Shown here: positions 41,100-56,366 of the stretch, piece after piece | Numbering within the stretch: position 1 is the first letter of the stretch | Layout of the letters: every line of letters begins with the position of its first letter | Assembly: GCA_053919585.1 (NCBI GenBank) | Contig: CM132813.1 | Strand: one strand, 5' to 3' | Source of the DNA: Euprymna scolopes | Taxonomy: Eukaryota | Length of the DNA stretch: 64,000 nucleotides | Program-made: the position numbers and the translations under genes | The notes under the pieces: generated by a model | Databases searched by the model: none | What the model was told of the DNA's origin: nothing | The model's input: the letters and a program-made list of their open reading frames with translations, nothing else

Positions 41100-44000
41100 G
41101 CTCCTTAAACAATTCTAACTTATGTGAGAGCTCTTTTTGCCTACAGAGCAAAGGCTTACACATCGTTATACACAAAGCCTACAAAACAATCAGTAAATGT
41201 TTAGAGTGAGCCCTGTGCATGATATAAAAAGACCATCCGAGTAGATATCTCCATGCAATTTATTATCAAGCAAATGTTGCCTGATCATCAACTCATGGAT
41301 CGGTGAGTGCTCGAATGTGCTAAGTAAGCATCCGGGCATATTCCTTAAATGACCGGATGTGCTTGTCGATATGTTCTTATTACACATACACTCTGAAATC
41401 GTGCAGGTATATGATGGGCCAGTCTGACCCCCAGGCACTGAAGAGTTCGACCCACATAGTCAGCACCACACTGACATTTGAATTCATAGATTACTAAACT
41501 TTTGTCCAGTGTGGGTAGAACATCTCTCTGAAAAGCTGGGAAAGCCTTGGTACCAAATACCACACGGGGTTGCACCGCATAGTAACAACGGGATATCACA
41601 GATCTGATCCTATCAGAGAAACCTTTACTGATAGCGCCAATATACCGGACATTTAGGTGGCTCAAAGAAAATGTCAGTGTTTGATTGCGCAAGTTTTTCT
41701 GAATAAACTTGGCAATAACACACTCGGGAAAACCATAAAAATGTAAAAAATAAGAATAAAGCAAAGTAAAGATATGGAAAGAGTGTAATTCTAAAGATTA
41801 TGATTATAAAACAAATCATCCTTTTTCTCATTTAATCACATGCGTGATCATCTTCTGCAACGACAATTAAGTATCGCACTGCCATTCTATGTATTCTTGT
41901 AAGGATATACATATATATAATTGTGGATGTGAATATCACCTGTTTCAATAGTAGTTTATAGTCACTAAGTATTCCTTGCTTGGTGCCATAGTTATCAGGT
42001 TTCTGATTAAAATGCAATTGGAAACCATTTGAACAGACCTTATCGGCTAAATCACATTTAAGTTATATTTCAGAATTTTTTAGATGAGGATTGATAATTT
42101 GTTTTATTTTGATCATTTGGACTAATATTCTCATCTTATTTTCACAACATTTTGGCCAATGTAACCACCAACTTTCTGTAAGTGTATTTTTCGGGTTTTA
42201 GAATCTTTGTTGAAATTGGAAACTTGTATGAAATTTTGAACTGAAGCCTTTATTTCATGCATAGGGGTTGATTGTTCTTGTTTTATCAATGATGGCTGGG
42301 TTTAACTGTTATTGTTATTCTAATTATTATCACTAGTAGTAATAAAACCTTCCACCTTCAAATGACTATCATTTAGAACTGATTATTAACAGATAACATT
42401 TAACTGTTACAAAATTCCATGTTGGTTCCCAACTTTGAAAAGATCTGTAGTTACTACTAAAACATGAAAATAACAACCCAGATTAGAATCGAAATAATCT
42501 TACCAAAATATTGCCATTCATTTTATCAAAATTATAGAAATTTTAATGGAAAGGAATTTCCTTTTAAAGATTATAATTTTATAATCCTTAAAATTACACT
42601 CTTTCCATTTCATTTTAATAAATGTCATATATTTTGTAGATTATCTTAGGTGTGTCATTCAAGTGAGGCCTCAATTTCACATCTTTGCAGTTATCCCATA
42701 GTCACCATTGCTCCCATTTTACAAAGCACACGCACACCGTGTAACCATTGTCTTTCAGTTGTTTCATTGTTTTTACTTTCTTTTTAGTGTGCCAACCTGA
42801 TGCTGATTGAAAGCATTCCAAAGGAACCTTTGAGTTTCCAAGTCATTCCATTTGATAACCCAAAGACCATGCAGACTTTACAGGTAACCACCCTCCTCCT
42901 CCTCCTCCTCCTCTCATTTTGCAGAGGTAATGATGTATCTCCATTGATGGGTCAGTCAAAAAATGGTTGGCAGATGAAAGATGAGGAATATTATGGAAAT
43001 ATTAACATTGATCAATGATATGAATTGCATTTGATTATTTTTGTAGTCGTCTATGACAGACATTTGTTGACATTGGATTTGAAGATGACCACGTGTGATT
43101 TGTAGGGAAGCAGTCCTGTGATAATGTTTTCCGGTTCTTGCAACTGTCCATGAAAGTTCTGCCTGACCTTATGCATCAGAAAGAAAACTCTTTTTCCTTG
43201 TGGTAGCTAAAAGAGTTCTTGCTATAAATATCTTAGACTGAAGAGCAGTTTAGCACAGGCCAAAGAAATTATGATAGAATAGACAGAGACAGATAATATC
43301 TCATCTGCTAGAAAGAGGTTGTAGAGTAGAAAAGAAATCACTTTCCCACTAGATTTTGAAGGTGGTTTTAACTAAAACCAGTAAAGAGTACTCTGTGTGA
43401 CACTTCTCCATATGTGGCAACAGTATTTCTTCTTTGGTCATGTCTTATTCTTATGTAGGTAGAGTATTAAATCTGGAATCTGTACTTTCTGATTAGGGTT
43501 TCAATATTGTATAAAATATATAGTTATCAAAATGTTTGGACTGCACACCTGTTTTTCGTGTATCGACAAGGAACTCTTTAGTCTTTATATTAGCAGTTTG
43601 TGTTTTTTATAATTTCAAAAATTGGTTTTTGTTTTTTCTCCTGCTTATTTTCAGGCTAGAAATATGGAACAGAAAATGAAATGGTGTCAGGAAATCAAGC
43701 ATTTGATCTTGGAGAGTTACAAGGGCAAAATTCCTGAGAAGGTGCGCCATCTTGTAATGGAACTTGGTCGCAGCAAAGATGAACAATGTGAGAAGCTTGA
43801 ATGTTTGAACACTTTCCAGCTCTTTGGTAAATTCTTGACGTTTTCTACTTTGATCTGGCTGTTGTGGCTCGACTGCACTTTCCACCCTTACTCACCAAAC
43901 CAACATAAGTTGTGTAATGGCTCAAGTTGATGCTGCCATGTCGATCTGTTCAACTATACACTCATACTCTCCACTCCTATCTACCTTCTTTCTCTCACTC

Positions 44001-46767
44001 CATCATCCATCTTCTCATCTATCACTATCACATTTGTAATGTAGGTGTCTTCAACGTTTAATTCCGTGACTCATAGCATGCTGGAAATAACCATTAAACA
44101 TGTTTACTCAACATTTAAGCATTTATTTGAATAAAATATGAATTCTCATTCTTGACGTTATTTAATTATTAAAACTAATGTAAAAGTTTAAACAAAAAGT
44201 TAAAAAGAATCAAATTCCAATAATTATTTAGCAAATAAATCCAATGATAGCTAAATAAAAAAGAAAGCTAAATAAAAAAGAATCTATGCTATAAAATATG
44301 TAACTATTTAGATTAAAAAGAACAAAAAAGAAAAGACCAGTTTCATTTCTCATATCCAAATTAACATTGAGGATTAATATGTGTTGTAGAAATAAGTGGA
44401 AAATTTGATGACAATAATGAAAAAAGAAATATTGAAACAGATGTAAGTGATAAGTCAACCTAAGAAATAGAAAGTACACAAAGTCCCAGCAACTTTTCTT
44501 TCTGCTTACATAGAGATAATTGATGTGATGAAAGTGGTCTTCGATGATCAAAAGTTAAAATAATGAATATCACTGATGTATTATTTTTTAAGATGTTCAA
44601 CACAGATGTAAGCTTCAAATTCAACTCACAACTACTCCATAGAATTTACTCTAGAATGTCTCATAATCGACACCATTATCCATGAGATTATGGGTCCAAT
44701 CTAGAATGATTCAACTCTGGGTTTCTAAACATGTTTTGTGTGATTATTTACCTCTACTCATATTGCATGTTCTATGCTTTTGATGTAATTAAGAAACTAA
44801 GAAAAATTAACTGATATGAAATTTCGAAAAAGCTTGGGACATTGAATGAGATCAGTCTATCTCAGATGAATTCTCAGAAGATTGCTAATTATAGTAAAAA
44901 TTATCTAAAGAAGGACAATAGTCAAAGCATTGTGAGCATAAGAACCAAGATGAAAATAACAGCCTGAAACNNNNNNNNNNNNNNNNNNNNNNNNNNNNNN
45001 NNNNNNNNNNNNNNNNNNNNNNNNNNNNNNNNNNNNNNNNNNNNNNNNNNNNNNNNNNNNNNNNNNNNNNNNNNNNNNNNNNNNNNNNNNNNNNNNNNNN
45101 NNNNNNNNNNNNNNNNNNNNNNNNNNNNNNNNNNNNNNNNNNNNNNNNNNNNNNNNNNNNNNNNNNNNNNNNNNNNNNNNNNNNNNNNNNNNNNNNNNNN
45201 NNNNNNNNNNNNNNNNNNNNNNNNNNNNNNNNNNNNNNNNNNNNNNNNNNNNNNNNNNNNNNNNNNNNNNNNNNNNNNNNNNNNNNNNNNNNNNNNNNNN
45301 NNNNNNNNNNNNNNNNNNNNNNNNNNNNNNNNNNNNNNNNNNNNNNNNNNNNNNNNNNNNNNNNNNNNNNNNNNNNNNNNNNNNNNNNNNNNNNNNNNNN
45401 NAAAAAAGCNNNNNNNNNNNNNNNNNNNNNNNNNNNNNNNNNNNNNNNNNNNNNNNNNNNNNNNNNNNNNNNNNNNNNNNNNNNNNNNNNNNNNNNNNNN
45501 NNNNNNNNNNNNNNNNNNNNNNNNNNNNNNNNNNNNNNNNNNNNNNNNNNNNNNNNNNNNNNNNNNNNNNNNNNNNNNNNNNNNNNNNNNNNNNNNNNNN
45601 NNNNNNNNNNNNNNNNNNNNNNNNNNNNNNNNNNNNNNNNNNNNNNNNNNNNGCATAATAATAATAATAAAGTGTAATAATAATAAAAAAGTGTAATAAT
45701 AATAATAATAATAAAAAAGTGTAATAATAATAATAATAAAGCGTAATAATAAAAAAGCATAATAATAATAATAAAGTGTAATAATAATAAAAAAGTGTAA
45801 TAATAATAATAATAAAGCGTAATAATAAAAAAGCATAACAATAATAATAAAGTNNNNNNNNNNNNNNNNNNNNNNNNNNNNNNNNNNNNNNNNNNNNNNN
45901 NNNNNNNNNNNNNNNNNNNNNNNNNNNNNNNNNNNNNNNNNNNNNNNNNNNNNNNNNNNNNNNNNNNNNNNNNNNNNNNNNNNNNNNNNNNNNNNNNNNN
46001 NNNNNNNNNNNNNNNNNNNNNNNNNNNNNNNNNNNNNNNNNNNNNNNNNNNNNNNNNNNNNNNNNNNNNNNNNNNNNNNNNNNNNNNNNNNNNNNNNNNN
46101 NNNNNNNNNNNNNNNNNNNNNNNNNNNNNNNNNNNNNNNNNNNNNNNNNNNNNNNNNNNNNNNNNNNNNNNNNNNNNNNNNNNNNNNNNNNNNNNNNNNN
46201 NNNNNNNNNNNNNNNNNNNNNNNNNNNNNNNNNNNNNNNNNNNNNNNNNNNNNNNNNNNNNNNNNNNNNNNNNNNNNNNNNNNNNNNNNNNNNNNNNNNN
46301 NNNNNNNNNNNNNNNNNNNNNNNNNNNNNNNNNNNNNNNNNNNNNNNNNNNNNNNNNNNNNNNNNNNNNNNNNNNNNNNNNNNNNNNNNNNNNNNNNNNN
46401 NNNNNNNNNNNNNNNNNNNNNNNNNNNNNNNNNNNNNNNNNNNNNNNNNNNNNNNNNNNNNNNNNNNNNNNNNNNNNNNNNNNNNNNNNNNNNNNNNNNN
46501 NNNNNNNNNNNNNNNNNNNNNNNNNNNNNNNNNNNNNNNNNNNNNNNNNNNNNNNNNNNNNNNNNNNNNNNNNNNNNNNNNNNNNNNNNNNNNNNNNNNN
46601 NNNNNNNNNNNNNNNNNNNNNNNNNNNNNNNNNNNNNNNNNNNNNNNNNNNNNNNNNNNNNNNNNNNNNNNNNNNNNNNNNNNNNNNNNNNNNNNNNNNN
46701 NNNNNNNNNNNNNNNNNNNNNAAAGCATAATAATAATAATAAAGTGTAATAATAATAAAAAAAAAGC

Positions 46768-46808
<41 letters not shown>

Positions 46809-49800
46809 GCATAATAATAATAATAATAAAAAAGCGTAATAATAATAAAAAAGNNNNNNNNNNNNNNNNNNNNNNNNNNNNNNNNNNNNNNNNNNNNNNN
46901 NNNNNNNNNNNNNNNNNNNNNNNNNNNNNNNNNNNNNNNNNNNNNNNNNNNNNNNNNNNNNNNNNNNNNNNNNNNNNNNNNNNNNNNNNNNNNNNNNNNT
47001 AATAATGTATAATTATAGAAATATTGAATTGTATTAGGGTTTGTTTTTATTTTTGTAATTACTAATCTACAGAATGTTTTCACTGTCAATTAAACAAAGA
47101 ACTTATTTGGCATGCGTACGCAGTGCGATGGTGTATGGAAGTGAAACCTGGCCAATGAGAGTTGAGGACATGTGTTGCATATTGAAGAGGAATGATATGA
47201 TAAATGTGTAATGTAATTTTAATGGGCAAGCTTACTTCTGGTGACCTCAGAGGTCGATTAAATCTGGTTAGTAGGGGAGATGTGTACAAAATACGAGACT
47301 TTGATAATATGACCACATTGAAAGAATGGATAAGCATTCTTGGGTTAGTAAATGCAAAATAGTTGAAATAGCAGGTTCGGTTCATAGAAAAAGACCCAAG
47401 AAAACATGGGAGGAAATGATAAGGCTGGGCTTTATAGAAATAGGAATGAATAAAGACCTGGTCAAAGAAAGGTTGGTTTGGAAGTTAGTTTCTAAAAACA
47501 GTTTTTAACACATGTTTAACATGTGTTGAACGGACATTAAATTGAATATTAATGATGTGCTTCTTACTTCTTGGTAAATAAGTTACAAAAAATAAATGGG
47601 AAGAAATAAAGTGAAGTCACAATGAAAGATGAAGAGGAGGATATAATTAAAGTGATATTCAGAAATAAATGATGCAGACAATAAACGAGAATGTGTAAAA
47701 AATGTTTTTAAATAAATAAAATAACTCATGTCAGAAATAATATCAAATACTTTGAAGAAAAATGTTTGTTTTATTAAATTGAATTATTCTGATGAAGTAT
47801 GAAAATGACTGTCATGTTTGGCCGATTGAATTTATTCAGACTAGTTCTCTAGAAGGCATGTTGCATTTGATCCAAGAATGATATTCACTTGGTTCTTCAC
47901 AATAACCCCACCATGACAAAAATGTCTTAGTTTCTGAAAAGTCCAATTGTTGAAATGGATGATCGAATAGTCAGGAACTCTTGGAATCTTGGTGCATTTC
48001 AATAACGAATAAATAGTTTATTTTTACTTTGATTTAAAAAAATTGCAATATAATATTGTGTGTGTTGCCCTGTTGCTTGTGTCAGTATGACACTATGGCA
48101 GCACAAAGCGTTAAAACTAAGGTTTGATTAGATGTGCAAAGCATTGGAAATAAGGTTCACAAAAGATCTAAAACGTTAGGAATGGATATTTTATGCTCCT
48201 ATAGTTCCAACATGATGACACTCTTAACCTCATGATGCAATAGAATTTTAAAGAAAAAATCTTGTTCATTAAGATACACAACATTTTGAGAGTTTATGAT
48301 TATTTAATTACCCATGTAAAAAAAATCAGACTATCTGAACAATAAAGTGTTTTTTTTATCATTTTTTTATGATTGGGGTTATCGCGAACAATAATTGAAT
48401 GATTATTTAGTCTTTTAGAATGATTCACTTGTGCATGTCTTAAAGGAAAGTCTTTCAATAAAAACATTTAATAACAAGATTAATTGGTGTAATGGATGGT
48501 GACACAGACTATGAAGTTGGTTAAGCCGAATTCAAAACCAGTGAATCTATTCGCGTCTACTTGCGCTATAATAATATTTGAGAAAGGTATGAACATTTTC
48601 CACAGCTACAGATGAAATTGTCCTTTGGAATTGAATGATATAAAATAGGATTGATATGCAGTAAATAGATGAACTAAACCACTTATGATTTTATGTAAGG
48701 AAAATAATGCTTATTTAAGTTATTTTAAAATGTTGTATGATAATTGCCAATAATGATTTATCATTTTCAAGGGAAGCTACTTTTCTATATATTTATGGTG
48801 GTTATCCTTCCAAATTGTTTACATCTACTAAAATATGGGTACAAAAGCAAAAAAGATTAATTAGATCAAGATAGAAATATGGTGATCCTAACAAATGGAC
48901 AACATATTGCAAGTCAAATCTATGTTTGGAATGATGCTGGTGAAATCATACTCAGTAATAGGAAGGCTTGGATGAAACACTATGCAAAGCTTCTTAATGT
49001 CAAGTTTGAATGGTCAAGTGACTCATTTCCTAAAATATATCTGATTGCTGAACCGTGTGTCTTCAGATTTGGTTCAAAGAGTCATTCTTGGGATGAAAAA
49101 TGACAAGTGCTGCTTTTTGTGACACGAGGTCCTAAAGGACTGGGAGCTGAGCTACATTCTTAACTTCAACAACAAGGACAAAACCCTCCACCACAGCAAC
49201 TGTTAAGAAGTTAGTTTTATAGCCAGAGCATTTAGGTCTTTTAGTGTGAATTTAAAATAAGTACAATCAGAAGAGTATTTCATTGGTGAGGCCCATACTA
49301 ATCACCCAGTCTCTCAATGCAAGGATAATAGAAGAGTAACGGAAAAAGCAAACAAAATTGAGTAAGGCGAAGAATAATTAGAAAACATTGATTATGATGG
49401 ATATGTAGACTTAGACAATTTCCTTTCTATATAGCTTTTTTATTCACTCACAAATAAGTGTAAAGAGCTACTGTGATGATGGCCAGATTTATAGGGGGGC
49501 AACCTGGATCGGGCAGCAAGATATTATTTAAATTTCGGCATGTTGGTACAGTTGGGAACAGAGAAGGAATTCTAAATGCACTCCAAGGAAAGTATATATC
49601 AGAGTAGAAAATCTCCCAGTATATAGGGACTTCTAGAATGAAGTGGTAGGATTTTGCTGCTAGTTGGGTGGGTTGATGGTATTTTCTTGTAAAACAAGTG
49701 CAGAGATGTAATATTGCACTGATCCTACAGGACTGGAGTTTAATAGAATGATTGCACCCTGTTCAAAATAGGCTAGTGGTTGGTGCACCAGTCAAGATGC

Positions 49801-52800
49801 CCCAAAAATACTCCATGCACAGGTTAATGGTACGAAATGTTTTTAAATACTGTAGTGACTTTTAGAGCTACTGCCACTAGATTTCGAAGCCATAAACCTA
49901 CAATATTGAAATGAGCTTTTATTTCAAGTGAAATCAACACCTAAAAATTGATTTGGAAAACCAGTTTTTTGGTTTGCTCTGTTTTTTATTGTAAACCATG
50001 TCAATTTTTTTTATTGTAAACCATGCCAATTTTTTTTACTGTAAACCATGCCAATCATTCTTTTTGAAGGAAAAAATGAGTTTTTGTTGTTTTGTTTTTT
50101 TTAATAACTTTTTAAATCGTTTTTTTTTTTTTAAATCTTTTTCTATCAAATGATTCTTTTCTATCATTCACAAATCAATATCTTTGTATCATTTTCATTC
50201 CACTTTTTCTCTTCATCCATTTCAAGAAATCAATGATAAATATGTTGATTTATAAAAGAAAATATAACGTCAGATCATTGTAGAAATTGGAAGAATTTTA
50301 CATGTTCTTTTATTAACAATAACATGAAAATCAACTTTTCACATTCAGCCTTGCATACACAGTAATTTCTGAAATAAATTGAAGTTCAATCTAAATAATA
50401 TGCGCTTTCACATTTGTAACATTAGAATAACTTTAGACTAATGTAAATACTAAAAAATTACTAATATACAGACTTACTGATGACAGTAATCTTTAATAAG
50501 GTGTGAAAATTTGCAGTAATTCATAATTTCTGTATTTGCTGCTCGTATCTCTGTAAATACTCTACCATTTTTACTATAAGGGAGGTAAGTCAATTATCAT
50601 AGGCAATTTTCTGAAAATAGAGGATCATGTATAGATTCAGCACCCTAAGTCTGCTGGTCTATGAAAAAATGTATATAGCATGACACTGGATCTGACATCA
50701 CTCAGATGTACCCCCACTTTCTCAAACGTAAGCAAGTATAAACGTTTTTAATTGACTTTGATCACAGAATAACATTTTCTTCAAAAAAAAATAATGCGTA
50801 CTTAAGAAGTATGTATTTATTTCTCATAAATACTTGCACATTGTACGATTTGGAAAATCTGATGTAAATATGCAAATAAAATTTTATTTAACAATCATTT
50901 TTTTTTACAAAAAATTAGTTTTATTCACAAAGGATCCAAATTTAAAAGAAAAATATTTTTCTGACAAATGACTCATTAAAAATTCGCAAAAGATAATATA
51001 AATAAAAAATTACCATTTTACATGTTTTTTGTTTTTTTTTCAGTCAGTCAAAAAATTTATTTTTGGTGGAAAAGTAGTAATCAGGTTGTTTTAAGAAATT
51101 GGATTTGACAAAAAGAAAACTTCTTTATCATGTTAAGATGTTTTTATGCAGTTCTCTTATTCAGATTTTTATTAAATTAAAATTATTTTTTGTAAATAAT
51201 TAATATATAAATTATTTTATATTTTTAAGTGATTCTGTGTTTATTTTCTTGTTTACATTTGAGAATTTGTAGCACATTTAGGTGATAGCAGATATGGTGT
51301 CATAACCGGAGGTGCAGGGGGTGCTGAATTTACGCATTGAAAATGTATTGTATAATTTTCCTTTATTCATAAACAATTTATGAGTAAACAGAATATCTGA
51401 TTCTTTACATGATTTTTTTCAGTAATTTGCATATAGCATGCCTTACATTTTTAATTTATTGTCAATTCACTTCTTAATTAAAAATCATTACGTTTTTGTC
51501 CAACTTGTCATAATTATTTGGATATAGACATGACATACAAAAATATTTCAGCAGCTTTGCACAAGGAATTAAATATTTTCTATTATTCAGACATATTGGA
51601 AATTACTGAAGTTATGCTAACTATTAAAGTATACACCAATATATATATATATATATCTATATACATACACACATACACATACGAGGGGGCGTGCAATAAG
51701 TAATGCCCCTGACCCACTTCCCATAGTAGTAGAGCAATGAAACTTGGAACAGTCTTTTTCTACATAGAAATCACCCAGAGTTATGCATTTCTTCCATAGT
51801 TTGATGCAGCTCTAGAGACCGTTTTTGTAGAACACCCCAGGTTGGTCCTCCAATCATGACGTGACTTCAGAAATCAAGGCTGCATCATCTGGGAAACGTT
51901 TTCCTTTCAAAAACAACTTCATGGCTGGGAAGAGGTGAAAGTCAGAGGGTGCAAGGTCAGGAGAGTAGGGAGGATAGGTAAGGATTTCATAACCACATGC
52001 CCGTGCTTCTGATCTGGTGACATGCTAGTTGTGGACTGGAGCGTTATCCTGCAGGAAGAGGGTACCTTTACTGATCTTGCCCCGTCTCTTGATTTTGATA
52101 GCTTCCCTTAATTTCCTCAAAAGTGAAGCATAATAGGCTCCTGTAATTGTGGTACCCTTTGCCAGGAAATCTGTCATTACTACTCCCTCCTGGTCCTAGA
52201 AGACTGTGAGCATGACCTTGCCAGCGGAGGGCTGTACCCTTGCCTTCTTTGCAGGTGGTGAGTCCAAGTGCTTCCACTACATTGACTGGGCTTTGGTCTC
52301 TGAATCATAGTGATGAACCCAGGTTTCATCCTGTGTAATCAGTCTTTTGAAAAACTTTGACTCATCTTCTTGGCACATCTCCAAATTCATCCTCGAGCAC
52401 TCGACGCATTCTCGCTTCTGGAATGGTGTGAGCAATCTGGGGATCCATCTGGCAGACACCTTATGCATATGCAAATGGGCATGAATGATAGTTTCTACAG
52501 ACTCTGTACTAATCTTGACATCTTGGGCTATTTGGTTAATAGTAATGCACCGATCTTCCAAAATGGCAGCCTCAATTGACGGACAGATGCCTCATCCTGG
52601 CAGAAGGGGGGGCGACCATGTCTGGGAGCTGTTTCCACAGATTTCCGGCTATGTTTGAATTCACGATGCCAGCGTTTTACAAGGTCATATGATGGGACAT
52701 TGTCACCATAAGTTTCTTTCATTTCATCAAAAGTCTCCTTTCAAATACAAAAATCGGATAACTGTTCGACATTCAACAGGCTCCATTTCACACCTGACTC

Positions 52801-54537
52801 AGTTCAAACACCTGTAAAACAGAAACCACAGTTAGTTCAGAGCTGTAATTTGTCACATAACCCGTAGAGATATAAATCATTGCACATGCAAAATTTCAGC
52901 TAGATCAGACAACTAAGTGGGTCAGAGGCATTACTTATTGCAGGCCCTCGTGTGTGTGTATACATATATATATATATATAACTTCTTATTCATAGCTTTT
53001 AGTGTCACCTGAAAATGATTTATGAATGAATTAAAACTGCTTGTGATACGTTTCGAACCTTTATTAATCTTTTTAATTATAAAACAAAAAAAAAGGATAG
53101 TGAAAAAGAATTCTGTAATGTTTAACAATGTCTGCTTGAAACGGATGTGATCTATCTATTTATAAATAAATTAAAAAAAAAAAAAAGAAAAGAGAGAGAG
53201 GCTAAAAAAAAACAAAAAACAAAACACATTAACCCGGTTGTTTCAAGATTGCAGATTCTACTTCATCATGAATTTGCCCTTCTACTCGCCAACAGTATTC
53301 TGATGTTATCATGAGGTACAGGTTAGGGGAAGATGGGTGGTAGTGTGGCAAAAGATTTTTTTAAAACACTATTTTTCAATCTGTTACTTTTATATCTATG
53401 TAATAAAATGTAGATTTAATGAACTTATTACAAAATCTGTTACTTTTATATCTATGTAATAAAATGTAGATTTAATGAACTTATTACAAAATCTGTTACT
53501 TTTATATCTATGTAATAAAATGTAGATTTAATGAACTTATTACAAAATCTGTTACTTTTATATCTATGTAATAAAATGTAGATTTAATGAACTTATTACA
53601 AAATCTGTTACTTTTATATCTATGTAATAAAATGTAGATTTAATGAACTTATTACAAAATCTGTTACTTTTATATCTATGTAATAAAATGTAGATTTAAT
53701 GAACTTATTACAAAATCTGTTACTTTTATATCTATGTAATAAAATGTAGATTTAATGAACTTATTACAAAATCTGTTACTTTTATATCTATGTAATAAAA
53801 TGTAGATTTAATGAACTTATTACAAAATCTGTTACTTTTATATCTATGTAATAAAATGTAGATTTAATGAACTTATTACAAAATCTGTTACTTTTATATC
53901 TATGTAATAAAATGTAGATTTAATGAACTTATTACAAAATCTGTTACTTTTATATCTATGTAATAAAATGTAGATTTAATGAACTTATTACAAAATCTGT
54001 TACTTTTATATCTATGTAATAAAATGTAGATTTAATGAACTTATTACAAAATCTGTTACTTTTATATCTATGTAATAAAATGTAGATTTAATGAACTTAT
54101 TACAAAATCTGTTACTTTTATATCTATGTAATAAAATGTAGATTTAATGAACTTATTACAAAATCTGTTACTTTTATATCTATGTAATAAAATGTAGATT
54201 TAATGAACTTATTACAAAATCTGTTACTTTTATATCTATGTAATAAAATGTAGATTTAATGAACTTATTACAAAATCTGTAGTTAATGTGTTACATGCTT
54301 TACAATAAAAAAAATATTCGAAAGCATTGTTTTTTTGTTTTTTTTAAGACACTGCTTGGAGGATACTTAATGATCCCCCCATCCCACACACACACTCTAT
54401 AGGCTAAGGAATCTCTTAAAACATTTTTTTTTAATTTCAGAATCTTTCCCATATCGTAGTTATTTTGGGCTAACAACAGATCATTGTTTTTTTAATACAA
54501 AATTATCAGAAAGACTTCATCTTGTAATTATTTATTC

Positions 54538-54598
<61 letters not shown>

Positions 54599-56322
54599 CC
54601 CGTACCAGAATTATCTGCAAATCGATATTTTTGTTCTAACTTTGATAGTTTTCAATGAAAATTCTTGAAACCGCACGTTATACGGCAACACTAACACATG
54701 CGCAGATATAAAATTTTAAGCTGATCTGCGCAATAGTGAGCAAATGGCAGCCATTTTGGTGACTTGCAGTTTTTTTCACTGTGCCAACTTTATATGCAAG
54801 ATGGGACGTAAAGGTGCTTTAAGTCAAGTTGAGAAGTCTAAAATTGTTCAAAGGCTCCATAATGAGATTTCCACCTTAGAAATTGCCAAAGAATTACACC
54901 GTGATCATCGAACAATCAAAAAAATATTGTACGAACCCTTAACTTTGCAACGGACGTTCTGACAAAGGGAAAATTCGTAAGAAATCATATGTCATGTTGA
55001 ACAATGAGCAAGATCAAGAGAGAAGTTCACTGTAACCCACTTAAAAATAGTAAACAAGTTTTTGAAAAAGCTGGTGTTCCTGATGTGCCCAAATCAACTC
55101 GTTATCGTATCCTGAGGACAATTGCAAAATTTGGAAAGCCGTCAATTGAAGGATATCCACAAGAAAAAAAAGAATGGAGTGGGCAAGACATCACATGAAC
55201 GTGAATTTTCAAACTGTTTTTTTCACTGGTGAGTGTCGAGCGACCCTTGATGGACCCGATGGTTGGAGGGGGATGGTACCATAATGAGGGTCTATGTCCC
55301 TCAAGGATCAGGCGTCAACAAGGAGGTGGTGGTGTGATGTTCTGGGCTGCAATCATTGCCAATGAGCTGGTAAGACCATTCAGAATTGCAGATAGTGAAA
55401 ATTACCGCCAAACTCTACATTGACTTCATTAAGGAACACTTGGAACCCTGGCACAAGAAGAATTTGGCATTCCTGAAAAAGATGGTATTCATGCACGATA
55501 ATGCACTGTCTCATTCTGCAAGGAGAGCAACTGAATATTTGGAGAGAGTTTTTGCCAGACATGGGAAAATAATGCAATGGCCAGCCTGTTCTCTAGATTT
55601 AAATCCCATCAAAAATCTCTGGAACATCTTTAAACAAAATATTTACTCCGGAGGAAGGCAGTACAACTCCAAAGATGACCCCTGGAATGCTATTCTGACT
55701 GCTGCCAAAGAAATTTCATCAGATGAAATCGAAAGTTTGACATCTTCAATGGACTAAACGCTTTTTGCTCTTGTCAATAAAAATGGCAATTATATAAGAT
55801 ATTGTTTGTACTATGAAGCAATATTGAAGTTGTTTGTTCTTTATTATTGTTGTTCTCAATTTACAAATTCCTAGAATAATGAATGTTTTGATGATCTTTT
55901 AGCACTTCACCATATTTTAGCAGTGGTTTGCATATAAAGTTGGCACACTGAAAAAAAAATGCAAATGACCAAAATGGCTGCCAATTGTTTATTACTGTGC
56001 TTGTTGCCATATAATGTGCTAAATTTCACAAATTTTCATTGAAAACTATCGGAGGTAGAAAAATATCGATTTGCATATAATTCTGGCACGAGTTGTATAT
56101 ATATATATATATATATATATTTTGTGTATAGAAAGAGTTGTTAGTTGAGACAGATCATTGGTACCGTAGGTTTCAAGCCCGATAATAAGGCCCGTTTAAG
56201 GTATCCTTATCAAGCTCTCTTCAGCCAATTTTCGTCTCCTAAAAATATAAATACGCTCTTACAATTTGGATTTTCCTTTTAATTGAGCACTCTGCAGGAA
56301 TTCTTTTTCCAAAAAAAAACTA

Positions 56323-56366
<44 letters not shown>

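Noticed and set aside
44885-47089. Long 615-734 aa ORFs, and the ORFs at 28711-29132
   Set aside because: These are artefacts of translating N runs and (AAT)n. Tiny sequence islands between the Ns suggest masking or low-quality bases.
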